Origin: Tubulanus polymorphus
Taxonomy: Eukaryota > Animalia > Nemertea
Length of the DNA stretch: 64,000 nucleotides
Assembly: GCF_964204645.1 (NCBI RefSeq)
Contig: NC_134028.1
Location: 14,267,653-14,331,652 of the forward strand
Reading direction: 5' to 3'
In this document: positions 26,199 to 37,948 of the stretch, in pieces
Layout: the number at the start of each line of letters is the position of its first letter
How positions within the stretch are numbered: position 1 is the stretch's first letter
Made by a program: the position numbers and the translations under genes
Notes under the pieces: generated by a model
Databases searched by the model: none
Told to the model about the DNA's origin: nothing
Seen by the model: only the letters and a program-made list of their open reading frames with translations

Positions 26199-27362
26199 TT
26201 ATTCTAATTTTGTTTCTAATATATTTATAAAATCATCTCTGTTTATATCTAATTCACCAAAAGTCTTAGGTAGATTTATTAATTTTAATTGAGCCATCTT
26301 AACATAATTATTTGTAGGTAAATTAGCTTTTTCTCTTAATTTTTCTAAGTATTCATCAAAATCATCATAATCAAAATCAAAATGATATCCAAAATTATTT
26401 ATCAGATAACTTAAATCTATTTTTCTTAAATATAATAATTTATATATTTGTTTAGGATTATCTTCTGCATAAGTTAATAATTTATCAAATAACAACTTAT
26501 AGATTATATAATATTGGTTAGTTTTAGGATTGAAATATTTGATATATTTCTCTGGGTTATTTAACAATGGTATCATACTCACCATTTTATAAACATTAAT
26601 TAGATGTAACTTTGATTTATAATGAGTATTTTCATCAACAGGTTCAATTTTCTTATTACAATATTGACACATTTTATTTCTTTCTATTTCTTCTAATTTC
26701 TTTTCATTTTCTATATGCGCTTGAGATTTTTTATGTTTAGAAAAATTACTTTTAGAAATATCTAAATTACAAATGTTACAATGTTTTTTAGAATCATCAA
26801 TTGTTTCATTATCATTAATTTCAATTGTATCAACATTATCTGTTATATTATCTATGGTATCATTTGTTTCAATTGTATTAACATTATCTGTTATATTATC
26901 TATGGTATCATTTGTTTCAATTGTATTAACATTATCTATGATATTATCTATTATATTATTATCAGATATATTATTATCATTATTATTCTTTTCTTTTTCT
27001 ATATGTTTATTTGATTTCTTATGTGATGCCCAATTTTTATATGATATATATTTCTTACATACATCACAATATTTTTCATTTGTCTTTTTGGTTTTGATAT
27101 CAGGTTCAATCTTATCATTATTAGATGTAGTAGGTATTATATTATTAGATGTAGAAGGTATTACATTATTATCAATTACATTACTTAAATTATCAACAAC
27201 TTCACTTTTATTATTATCGATTTCTATTAGTTTAGTTTTATAAATTTTGAAAATGGGATCAAATATCAAAGCTATATTACAAGGTTTTACATTATATAAA
27301 CCATCATTATTTTCATGTGGATCGATGTATGGAATATGTTTATATACTTTACCTCCTTCCAT
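26199..27362 (-). CDS. Triple C2H2 zinc-finger protein with low-complexity repeats
   Basis: CDVC..H..H, CNIC..H..H, CQYC..H..H; TIDNITDNVNTIETND repeats. Confidence 0.75.
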   Translation of the reverse strand: MEGGKVYKHIPYIDPHENNDGLYNVKPCNIALIFDPIFKIYKTKLIEIDNNKSEVVDNLSNVIDNNVIPSTSNNIIPTTSNNDKIEPDIKTKKTNEKYCDVCKKYISYKNWASHKKSNKHIEKEKNNNDNNISDNNIIDNIIDNVNTIETNDTIDNITDNVNTIETNDTIDNITDNVDTIEINDNETIDDSKKHCNICNLDISKSNFSKHKKSQAHIENEKKLEEIERNKMCQYCNKKIEPVDENTHYKSKLHLINVYKMVSMIPLLNNPEKYIKYFNPKTNQYYIIYKLLFDKLLTYAEDNPKQIYKLLYLRKIDLSYLINNFGYHFDFDYDDFDEYLEKLREKANLPTNNYVKMAQLKLINLPKTFGELDINRDDFINILETKLE

Positions 27363-27394
27363 TTATTATATATATTTTTATTAAAGTTAAAATT

Positions 27395-28634
27395 TTAATA
27401 CATAACACTATCTAATTGTGAATTTACAATATTTAATTGCGCGTCAGATATAATATAAATGTGCATTTTAAAATTTTTGATTCCTTTATTCTTTGTCATG
27501 AATAATTGTATTCCATCTTTAGTGTTTTGTAATTTTTTTCCAGAACCATGTAATGAATTATCCTCTGTTGTTCTAAAATCTAACCATAATGCATATTTAT
27601 TACCGGTATAATAATCAATTTGATTAATGTTACATTTTTCAGATGATTTTACTGTTTCATTCATGAAATGTTTTCTAATTTCTGGCCATTGATCAATCAT
27701 TCTCATTCCTTGACAAAATATTTTATTTGCTATTCCTTCGATAGTTATTTCTACTTTTGTTATTTCGGGATTATAATAATTATCAACATTTATTGCGCCA
27801 TTAGTATATGTTGCAATGGTAAAAAATATTAATATGCCTTTAATAGATCTTCTTGGGAAGTTAATATTCTCATTAATAATTTCATCATTTGCATTAATAG
27901 TTACGGTTTTAAATTTATCAATATAATCATATAATAATGAAAATCCTTGATTGTATTTAGTTTGAATTATACTTGAAATATTTTCATCAGTTACTGTGTC
28001 ATATTCTAAACATATATTCGATAATTTATAACTCATATCTTTAACAACGCTAGATAATACAATTTCATTCACAGGAGCAAACGTTATCTCAAATATAATA
28101 TCTTCTTGAATTGCGTATTTATATAAAGGTGCATTATTATTTATCAATTCAAAGTCTAATGGAATTTTATATTTGCTTCCATATATACTTTTTATCAACA
28201 GCATTAGTTTATATTGCGCTATTAGCTTCTGATCTTAATTTATTTTGGTTTTCTGATTGGATGCCTTGAAATATCATATTATTTCTATTTTCTTTAGTTA
28301 ACCATAAATCTTTATAATGCATAAATAAATTATAATCATCTAATGAGAAAACTGTTTCTGGACCAATCTTTATTGTTAACTTTTTAATCAAATATCTTCC
28401 AACATTATCAACAACATAATTATTATTATTACCGATTTCTTTTATATCGGCCGATAAATAAATACTATTTGGAACATAAAAAGTATTTTGTGTTAATCGA
28501 GGGATTCTATCGTATAAAGTTTCATCGGGATTAATATTTGAAGGGTTATGAGTAATTATACGATGTGATCTTTCTGCTTTAATAGCATTAGATATTCTAT
28601 GATTCTCAGAAGGATTGATATAACTCCCACTCAT
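27395..28634 (-). pseudogene. Major capsid protein (double jelly-roll), split near 28205
   Basis: Two consecutive ORFs (141+269 aa) that are contiguous in copy B; size, position and motifs (ALWLDFR..LHGSG, IYIISDAQLNI) recalled from Polinton-like MCPs. Confidence 0.7.
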
Positions 28635-28674
28635 TTATTTAACAAAAAAATTAATTATTTATTTTTTATCATGG

Positions 28675-30225
28675 TTACTTGATATTTTTTGATATCATAT
28701 TTACTAAACCAAAAATAATAGCACTTACAACTGTAATAAAAAATAAAATAATATGTTCAGCAGCAAAGTTAATAATGTTTCCTGCAGATTTCAATATAAA
28801 ACCAACAATTGAAGCGATAACTCCAGGTAAAGCTGCAGCAGATTTTTTAGATAGTTCCCATAAATATTTTGCTAATTTCTTTAAACCATCTTTAACTTTA
28901 TCTTGTATAGAATTATTATCTGGGGGTTTATCCGGTTTATTTGGAGTAGGAGTAGATTTTAAAGCATTTGATATTGCTAAACCAATTGTTGTAAATAACA
29001 TAGTTACAGCTGTTAGAATTGAAAGAATTGTTATACCTTCTAGTTTAAATAATAACTTTATTCTATCTTTCAATGATATTTTAGAATTTGGTTTTGTCAA
29101 TAAATCTTTAAAAATAACTTTTAATCTATTTATATTATAATCATATGATTTTGATAATGATTTAATTTCTTCTTTTTGTAATTCTATGTTATATTCTAAA
29201 TCATCTTTTTCTTTTTCTAAACGTAATTCTTTTTGTCTATATTCTATTTCATCAATTACTTGACGATCTAAATCGGACTTTAATTGTTCTATTTCTTTAT
29301 TTTTATCAGTTAATTCTTTTTCTAAAGTTCTAATTTTAAAATCTCTTATACTTTTATCATGCGCAATTTTATCAGCTGATTCTTGCATACCTTTAATTTC
29401 TCTACGTGTTTGTTCAGGAAATGCTTCTAATTCATCATCAGTTAAATCAAGTAATCCTTTTTCTAGTAAAGATTGTATTCGATTTATTCCAATACTATTC
29501 ATCTCTTCTTCTGAATCTCTTAATCTATCAATTTGTTTTTCTAATACTAATTGTAATTGACTTGAATCATTATCAATTTGTTGAGTGTCTCTTCTCGATG
29601 TTTCGGGTGTTGAAGATCTTAATCTATCTAATCGATCTCTATGATCTTCCATTTCTGTTTCTAAATTATTATCGATTATTTTAAATAAGTTATCAATTCT
29701 TTCACTAAATACTCTTATATTATTATTTCTTTCTTCTTGTGTAACATCAGTTATTTCATTACTATTACTTATTCTCTTAATTCTATCTGGTTCTGATTCT
29801 GCTAATATTTTACTTAGTTTTGTACTTTGATTAGTGATATTAATATAATAATCATCTTTCAAATGATAATAATATTCATCATCTAAAGATTTTAAATTTT
29901 CTACTAAAAGTCTGGCCCCTCTGTCATTTATATTATATCCAGATCTTTCAAATACAGGTTGGAATTTATATATAAATTTTTTATTTTCTAAATCTCGAGT
30001 CGATAAACCTTGATTTTCATATTCAGCAGGTATTCTCGATCTAGTTTTTCTATCATATTCATCTGTTGATGGGACTTTAGAACCACTATCTGCTAAATTA
30101 GAATTATATGCTGATTCATCATCATTATCAATATTAGTTTCATTAAAATCAGGTTGTGGTTCATCACTTATACCGGATTCATCACCAAAAGGATCCAATG
30201 GAATATCTTCCCCACCTTCTGCCAT
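28675..30225 (-). CDS. 516-aa acidic/coiled-coil protein with C-terminal hydrophobic helices
   Basis: Intact ORF; heptad-rich middle, 2-3 hydrophobic segments; decayed homologue 57790-58460. Confidence 0.75.
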   Translation of the reverse strand: MAEGGEDIPLDPFGDESGISDEPQPDFNETNIDNDDESAYNSNLADSGSKVPSTDEYDRKTRSRIPAEYENQGLSTRDLENKKFIYKFQPVFERSGYNINDRGARLLVENLKSLDDEYYYHLKDDYYINITNQSTKLSKILAESEPDRIKRISNSNEITDVTQEERNNNIRVFSERIDNLFKIIDNNLETEMEDHRDRLDRLRSSTPETSRRDTQQIDNDSSQLQLVLEKQIDRLRDSEEEMNSIGINRIQSLLEKGLLDLTDDELEAFPEQTRREIKGMQESADKIAHDKSIRDFKIRTLEKELTDKNKEIEQLKSDLDRQVIDEIEYRQKELRLEKEKDDLEYNIELQKEEIKSLSKSYDYNINRLKVIFKDLLTKPNSKISLKDRIKLLFKLEGITILSILTAVTMLFTTIGLAISNALKSTPTPNKPDKPPDNNSIQDKVKDGLKKLAKYLWELSKKSAAALPGVIASIVGFILKSAGNIINFAAEHIILFFITVVSAIIFGLVNMISKNIK

Positions 30226-30241
30226 TTACATAATAAAAAAA

Positions 30242-31232
30242 TTAAAATTTAAAATATAATATTCCTCCGATTACAATTCCTATACAAGTTATAGCTAATT
30301 TAGTATTTTCATGGGATTTATTATCATCATTTAGTTTAATTATATCATGTTGAATAATATCAGTTCTATTATTTTCTGATGTATTGTAATCTTTTATTTT
30401 AGAATCATTATTTAATTTTATATTATTAGTTTTAGTTTCAGTTGATTGAATGTGTTTTTTATTTTTTTCACCTTCCATTAATTTTGGAGCGGTAATAATC
30501 TTTTTATTTATATCATTCAATCCAAATGAATTATTAATTGTTGCAGTTTTAATTAGATTATTATTACCAATTATATGTCCCATCTTTAATACTAAATCAT
30601 TAGAAATAATAAATAGATTAGGGCCTATACAATAATTTAATCTAATATGTGATTTATCTAAATAATTTTGATATCTTATAATGTTTTCGATCGATCGATC
30701 TATTTTTATCATTATGAATGGAATCTTCAAATAATACTTTAAATTGTTTCTGTGTATCGAATGATGTATTCAAATTTCCAATTATTGGTGATCTTGTTTC
30801 AACTTGCGCACCTAAAATACATATCAAATAAGTTCTAATAGATTGATTTATTCTTTGTATACCTGATTTAGTAAAACCTTCACTATTTTCTAAAATAAAA
30901 TAAACCCAACCATTATTGTTTTCTTGTTTTAAATTATCATAAAATGTCGGTAATTTATTAAAATTTAATGTTTCTAAATCCTTAGTTTCTATTTTACCAT
31001 AACCTAATTTATTATTATAAATATTATAAAAGCTATTAGATGGTATGGGAATATGAAATATATTTTCCATCTTTGCAGTAAAATTATTAGTTTCAGTGAC
31101 ATAAATTTCTAAATTAGTTAATGAATCTAAAACTTTATTTCTATATGTAATATCTTTATTAAAATCTATTGCTGGAATATTATATTTAATTGATTTATTA
31201 TATTGGAAAGCTTTTGGAAAACTATCTACCAT
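30242..31232 (-). pseudogene. Polinton hypothetical protein with C-terminal TM anchor, frameshifted at ~30700
   Basis: Overlapping 192- and 162-aa ORFs; TM LAITCIGIVIGGILYF. Confidence 0.65.
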
Positions 31233-31248
31233 TTATATAATTAAAAAA

Positions 31249-31683
31249 TTAATAATTTATTAATTCTTTTAATAATTTATCTTGTTCTTCAACTGTTATA
31301 TGGCCATTTAAACTTATTATATAATCTAGTGTGTTCTTCAATTTATTAATTTCTTTTATATTAGTTTTAATTTTTTCTTTATTGCTTTTTATATTCAATT
31401 TTGAACTTATACCAGTTAAAACACTTGAACTTAATCCTAACACACCAATTGATATAGCTAAAGGTGTTAATGGGCTGAATATTGCTAGAAATGTTATTAC
31501 AGAACTAATTGTAACCGAACCACTTATAACCAAATAATATATAATTTTACTTTTTAAATATTTTTTCTTTTTAACTTTTAAGTCACTTTCAAATTCTAAT
31601 ATTTGTTTTTCTAAATATGTTTTTAATTCAGTTTTATTTATATCATGAGGAATAATATCAATACTATCAACTTTATCTTCCAT
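31249..31683 (-). CDS. 144-aa two-TM/coiled-coil protein
   Basis: Hydrophobic hairpin IIYYLVISGSVTISSVITFLAIFSPLTPLAISIGVLGL. Confidence 0.7.
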   Translation of the reverse strand: MEDKVDSIDIIPHDINKTELKTYLEKQILEFESDLKVKKKKYLKSKIIYYLVISGSVTISSVITFLAIFSPLTPLAISIGVLGLSSSVLTGISSKLNIKSNKEKIKTNIKEINKLKNTLDYIISLNGHITVEEQDKLLKELINY

Positions 31684-31703
31684 TTATTTAGCAAAAAAAA
31701 TTA

Positions 31704-32126
31704 CTAATTTGTAAACTTATAAGCAACAAATATAACAATAACAGTTCCACCTAAAATCCATATTATTTCATATTTCTGTTGTTCTTTACTTGGGGTATAA
31801 TAATCTGATAATTTAGGTTTGTATAGATGTAATTTTTCTTTATTGGTTACCGCGTTATATAAACTCATAGCTTCATCAACTGATTGAAAATCTCTATGTG
31901 AAATCTTCTGATCATATAATTCTTTGTTAATATAATCCATATAGTTTTGCCTCTTTTCTCTATATTCTTCGGCTGCTTTATTATATTTCTCTAACGCTAA
32001 GTTATGTCTTCTTTGTTCTCCTAATGAACTATTTTTATCAACATGTTTAAATAAATAACCACCACCAGTAAATGCTAAAGCGTTAACAATTGCCGATCCT
32101 ATAATAGTTATAATTGCAGAAGCCAT
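31704..32126 (-). CDS. 140-aa protein with N- and C-terminal hydrophobic segments
   Basis: Intact; decayed homologue 3059-3448. Confidence 0.75.
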   Translation of the reverse strand: MASAIITIIGSAIVNALAFTGGGYLFKHVDKNSSLGEQRRHNLALEKYNKAAEEYREKRQNYMDYINKELYDQKISHRDFQSVDEAMSLYNAVTNKEKLHLYKPKLSDYYTPSKEQQKYEIIWILGGTVIVIFVAYKFTN

Positions 32127-32150
32127 TTATTTAGCAAAAAAATTATGTAT

Positions 32151-32371
32151 TTATATGGGAGGAATATATTTTTGTTTTTCTAAATAATCAATAGTTAAAT
32201 TAGATAAAGTAACTGCTAACGTTAATTTTAAAATATCATTTATATCAAATCTATCAACATTAACACTTCCCATTTTGAATATTTTTTTAATACCATTGAA
32301 TAACCAACAGTTCCAACTGATAGTAATGCGCCATTATATAATCCAGTTATTATCCACTTATTATCACTCAT
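32151..32371 (-). pseudogene. 73-aa small protein, frameshifted
   Basis: Homologue of intact 3472-3693. Confidence 0.6.
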
Positions 32372-32731
32372 TTATTTATCAAAAAAATTACTATCATCAA
32401 AATATTTAGTTATCTTAGTGATGATTATTTCAACATTTATTTCATTACTAGTTTTATGATTATCATATATTTCAATTATTATTTTTTTAATATCATCGAT
32501 GAAAAAATCTTCATCTAATTCATAAAATCTTAAAGATTCTCTAATTAAATTAGTAATCTTTTCTACATTTAAAGTTTCTTTATCTATTGTTGTTTCATAC
32601 TCAAATGTTGTTTCATTAGAAAATGCAATATTTTTGATATGTGTAATTACATCATTAACGTTAAATTTCATTTCTTTCTCACGTTTAAAATCAAATCCAA
32701 AACATATACTCGGTCCAACAGTTATATTCAT
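32372..32731 (-). CDS. Polinton hypothetical protein (119 aa)
   Basis: Intact; homologue in copy D split by the HINE. Confidence 0.65.
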   Translation of the reverse strand: MNITVGPSICFGFDFKREKEMKFNVNDVITHIKNIAFSNETTFEYETTIDKETLNVEKITNLIRESLRFYELDEDFFIDDIKKIIIEIYDNHKTSNEINVEIIITKITKYFDDSNFFDK

Positions 32732-32747
32732 TTATATAGTGAAAAAA

Positions 32748-33503
32748 TTACTCTTTACATCTTATAACTAATTCATATATCACAGGAAAGTTATTCAAAT
32801 CAATTAAATAACCATTATGATTCCTTATTTCTAATTTAAAATTATTGAAATGTGGAATACAAGGTTTGAAATCACATTCAGTTAAATTATAATTTATTTG
32901 AGTTCCAAATTGTTTAACATTTTTTAATGGTAAAATATTTAATAAACCAGAATTACAAATTGTATCTTTAGTTGCTTCGAATGTTTTTGTAGGATCAATT
33001 AAATTACAATAAATATAGAAGTGCGTAAAAGGTATTATATTTGGCGTAGTATCAACATTTGAATAAACTTTATTTGGATTAACTCCTAGCATTTTAGCTA
33101 ATGGTTTTCTTACTATGAATTTATATTGTTCATTAGTTAACTTTATTCTTATTTTATTAGTACTATCGATTTTATTGAATTTAATGTTAAACCCAACAGA
33201 TTCACCCACTTTTAACCGAGCTCTTCTATTAATTTCTTGTGCTAATGTATCTAAATTATATAATCCTGGTCTTAGAAATAGATGATACCATTTATCCATA
33301 TTTCTATCATGAATCATAAACAATCTATGATCAAAACTTTTATCCGATATATTATAAAAAGAATTACATAAACTTATATTAACTAACTTTAAATCAACAC
33401 AATTCTTAAATTCTCTATCTAATTGTACTTGTAAATTATGAGATTTATAATTAGTAAGTTTTCTCGAATCAACAAATATTCTGTATTCTTTTAATTCCAC
33501 CAT
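32748..33503 (-). CDS. Minor capsid protein (penton, single jelly-roll)
   Basis: YCNLID..LLNILP..FKLEIRNHNGYLIDLNNFPVIYELVI C-terminus typical of Polinton/PLV pentons. Confidence 0.7.
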   Translation of the reverse strand: MVELKEYRIFVDSRKLTNYKSHNLQVQLDREFKNCVDLKLVNISLCNSFYNISDKSFDHRLFMIHDRNMDKWYHLFLRPGLYNLDTLAQEINRRARLKVGESVGFNIKFNKIDSTNKIRIKLTNEQYKFIVRKPLAKMLGVNPNKVYSNVDTTPNIIPFTHFYIYCNLIDPTKTFEATKDTICNSGLLNILPLKNVKQFGTQINYNLTECDFKPCIPHFNNFKLEIRNHNGYLIDLNNFPVIYELVIRCKE

Positions 33504-33520
33504 TTATTTTACATATTTTC

Positions 33521-33874
33521 TCATTCGAAATCTATTTCATGGTGCCCTTTTTCATTCATACCTTTGTATACGAAATAGATATCTCCAGAACATAATTCTT
33601 CTAAGTCTTCACTTGATAATCTATGAAATCTATCCGGTAAATATGTTCTGAATTTATATGTATTTCCTTTTAATCCTTCATATTCTAAGTGTATAACTAA
33701 TTTATCTCCATAGTTATTAGTAACTGTATCAATATTTGTAATTAGATATTTCTTATGGATTGTTAATTCTGTTAACTTTTTGAATTTATAATCTACAGAT
33801 TTTACATTTGTAGTATCTTTAATTCTATCTAGAAATAATTTGTTGTTCTCACTGTGTGCTTGTTTACTCTCCAT
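33521..33874 (-). CDS. 117-aa protein, possible OB-fold ssDNA-binding protein
   Basis: Intact, next to polB; FKKL.EL..Y.I..YG..YLPDRF..FVYKG pattern; fold is inference. Confidence 0.55.
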   Translation of the reverse strand: MESKQAHSENNKLFLDRIKDTTNVKSVDYKFKKLTELTIHKKYLITNIDTVTNNYGDKLVIHLEYEGLKGNTYKFRTYLPDRFHRLSSEDLEELCSGDIYFVYKGMNEKGHHEIDFE

Positions 33875-33903
33875 TTTAATAACATATTTTTATTAAAATT
33901 TGA

Positions 33904-36900
33904 TTAACACGTTAGAATTCTTTTCATTATCTCGTTCTCTTTTGTTTCTTCTCTTTTAAATTTTAAGTATTCATCTAAATTACAACCATAAGCAACAGTA
34001 TGAATTTCATCATCTAATATATATCGTTTATCATCAAATGGATTCAAACTTATCTTCTCTATTTCTTCAATAAACATTTCGTGGTACTCAGATCTTAAAC
34101 ATCTCATCTTATGTTTTCTAACTTCTTCATTGAATATACAATTGATGTAATCTTTGAAATGAATATTCTTTTCTACTACACTTTTCGTTATTCCTTTTAA
34201 CTTTTTAGCTCCATGTTCTTTAGTTTTATATGAATACATTTTAGATCTAATACCAATAAATTCAATCATTTCTTCACCACCTAATTCATCTTTGAATTTA
34301 CCGGGAACTTTTTTATTATCATTGCTAAACAATTCATGATCTTAAGGATAGTTACTAAAATCAAAATGATGTTTTAATGTTTTTAAATCATCAGTTATGT
34401 TATCAGTTTTTATCTTTAATATGTAACTGTCAGTATCAAAATATAATATTTCTATATGTTTTTCTCCAAAAAGTGGTTGTAATACATTATAATAGAATTC
34501 ATACATTAGTAATTTTGATAATTCTAAAACTGAAGTACCAACATAGATTGGTTTATTAAATTTCATTGATGTTCTTCTCATTTTAACTGCGGCTAAATTT
34601 TCATCAAATATTCTGTTACCAATGAACTTAGGATATCATTGTAAATGTCTAATTCTTTTACCATTACTGACTAACTCAATATCATTTCTATTTCTAATAT
34701 TTTCACAAGTCTTACCATAGAATGCATTATTCATTAACTTGAAGAAATCTTTCTCGAAATCAGTCTTAGCTTCAGTTCTCTGTTTGGTGTTAAAATCTAT
34801 ATATTTTTCGAACAATTTAGATTGACTAAATGAAATATATCTATGTACTTTTTTTAGAACCATTCCTTGTTTTAGATAAAACTTTAACATTCTATAATGT
34901 ACTACATAATTATATTTATCTTCTTGAGTTACCATTAACTTTTCTGTATGAATATGATTTTCAGGTTTAATTCTTTTTTGATAACTTGATAATTCTTCAT
35001 GAGTTACAGTTTTATGTTCGGGGCAGTATGCTAGATTTCTAGATTTAAATTTTTTATCTTCAGGATATTCTAAATCTACAACAAAGAAGTAACCAGTATC
35101 TGAATCATCTGCAATATCTAGGATTCTTTTCTTCCAATCAAATTCATCATTATTTTCATTCTGTAAAACTTCAGTTAATTCAAATACTCCATAAGGTTGT
35201 GGTTCCATCATTGCCCAACCATACAAATTATTTGCATCTATATATAATAACTTATATTCAGGGTTATCATTTACGTTGAAATATCTATCACCTAATACAC
35301 CTGAAACTCCTCCTCTTATAGATTTTTCAAATAATTGATCTATATTTGTTAACAAATCCATTTTTATATTTGTAAATTTTAATCCACAATCCCATGTTTA
35401 ACCTGGGCTAGAATAACAATGACAAGGATCAATATTGAAATATTTTAGGTTTACATCTCTAAACCTTTCGAATATATCGGTTAATAATAATACATCTGAT
35501 TTTAAATATAAATCTACTAATTGCCCATGATTTTCTTTTTTGAAATGATTCCAAATATTCAATGTTCTATCATAGACTTCATCTTTAACATATTCATTTT
35601 TTAATTCATCATAGAATTGTTCTTTCAATAATTCAGTTATGTTAAAATCATTATGATTTTTATAGAAAGAATATGGAATTGCACCTTTATATCTCATTAA
35701 TTTAAAATCATCAATTTTTGGGTAATATTCTTTTAATATCTTTAATTCATCATCAACTAATGATTTTGATAAGTTATCTAATGAACTATTTAAAAATCTA
35801 TATGAATCTATAAATCTTAAACACCCAAATTGGAATGATATATAATTCTCAGATGTTTTAGCTAACATTCTAAATTTATAAGTTGGTATTTTATCTTTTG
35901 ATCTATTTGAATTTAATATTTCTATTTCATTATTGATTTCTTCTATTTTATGGCATAACTGTTTGATAAATAAATGTGCATCATATCCTGATAGATTATG
36001 AAATATAACTGGTACAAAGTTAATTTTCTTAGCTTGTAAGTTACAATTCTCATGTGCAGCGCCTCTAAACTTTCCGTTCAAATGATCATGGTCTCTTACT
36101 TTTTTATCTTTATAATTAAATATCTTTTCACAATAATAACATTTATCTGAAAACTCAAATTCTTCTTTATCTTCTTCTGTCATTATAATTTCTATTTTGT
36201 ATTCAATAATTTACTAAATCTTATTTCATATTCAATTAATAAGTCACAAAAATGATTGATAACATTTTCATTTCTATAATCATAATATTCACTTTCAATT
36301 AGTTCTGGATAATCAGATTTAATATATAACCCGAAAGCTGCAGCTGATTGATGAATCTTTTTAATAGTATTTGTTTTTGGTGGTTCATCTGAAAAATCAT
36401 TTTCATTAGAATTTAATTTCTTTCTTTTATAATATAATTCTTTTCTATCTTGATCAGTTAATTCTTTATTTAATGATTCAAAATCTCCATATATAACAAA
36501 TGGTACTTTATTTTTGTAGTCATATTTTTTGAATTCTAAAATTTTATCTTTTTCATTTGGTAAAACTAATTTACAATAATCATGATTTTCACATAATTGT
36601 TTATGATTTAATAATGTACTTTCATTACTGAATTTATGTAAACATTTTCTACATAGATATATTTTATTATGGTGATCACTTTCTGTTCTAAAAATAAATC
36701 TATTTGTTTAATCCACATATAATGATTCTCATAATATAGTATATCTATAACATCGTTTGAATCATAATCTTTTGATAGATATAAAGGTTCTAATGTATAA
36801 TGTTTTATATTGTTACCTTTTGTATTTGGTAATTTGATTAAATCAAACACATTTATCTTTATATTATTATCTCTTTTTATTTTTGGGATGTCTTTAATTA

Positions 36901-37942
36901 TAACAGGATACTTATCTATCTTATAATTATTTTCAAATTGTTTGTTAATGTTTGTTAATGTATAAGTATGTTTATTATAATCTTCAACTGGGTGTAAGCA
37001 ACTTATAATTGCCCATAGAAAACATTTATCATCAAAATTTTGTACATTTATTACAGCATTAGTTTTAAATGGTAGTTTGATATAACTCGATGCTTCAATA
37101 TCTGGTTCTTTATAATATGATACATTATTTTCATCAATTGGTATCGATTTAGTTAACTTATTATATTTTGTGTTATAAACATGTAAAGTCATAAATATTA
37201 TTTCATCAAATATTAAACCAGATCCTTCAAAATATTTCTCTTCTATTTTAGTTTTTACTTCATTATAACATTTATCTAATTTATCATCTATATGTTGTTT
37301 AGATATAATATGTTGTGAATGAGAATTTATATTATATATTGGTTTATCTTCAGATTTTATAAACTTTACTTTAACTGATATACTAATTTTAAGATATTCA
37401 ACATCAGTTATTATTTTTATTATTTCTTTCATATTTTCTAAATGTTTTTTATTTTCTTCTAATGTTTTTCCTTTATGAAATTTAAACTCGATAGCTGCTG
37501 GGCCAATATCACTTTTAAATGCTTCGGTTATCTCTATATCTTTTTTATTATCTAATGAATTAATATATTTTCTTACATCTTCCATGTATGGTCTTTTATT
37601 GTTTAATTTATTTTTTATGCTTTTAATTGTCTTCTGTTTCTTATCATTATCTTTATCAAAATAATCTTCACCTAAAATATCATTATTCTTATTTCTAATA
37701 TGACTTTTAGATTTTAAATGTTCTTTATAATATCTTTTATCACTGAATGATTGATTACATGTATCACATTTGTATGTTTCTTTTTCATTCTTTAATTCAT
37801 CTAATTTAGTTTCTAATATATCATCTTCATATTCTAGTTTCAATTTATTCTCTAAATGTGTTTTAGTTTTATTGTGTCTTGCTTTTTGGGATTTATCTAT
37901 ATTGATATTACATGTTGGACAGTAGTACTTATTTGCTTCCAT
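33904..37942 (-). pseudogene. polB: Protein-primed-type family B DNA polymerase with inserted endonuclease VII motif; several stops and frameshifts
   Basis: ExoI YGDFES, RDHDHLNGKFRGAAHENCN, ExoII FHNLSGYD, ExoIII YLKSDV, motif A YIDANNLYGWAM, B KLMNNAFYGK, C YFDTDS. Confidence 0.93.
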
Positions 37943-37948
37943 TTTAAT

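Noticed and set aside
26773-29684. Plus-strand ORFs 26773, 26781, 28679, 29406
   Set aside because: Antisense shadows of real minus-strand genes
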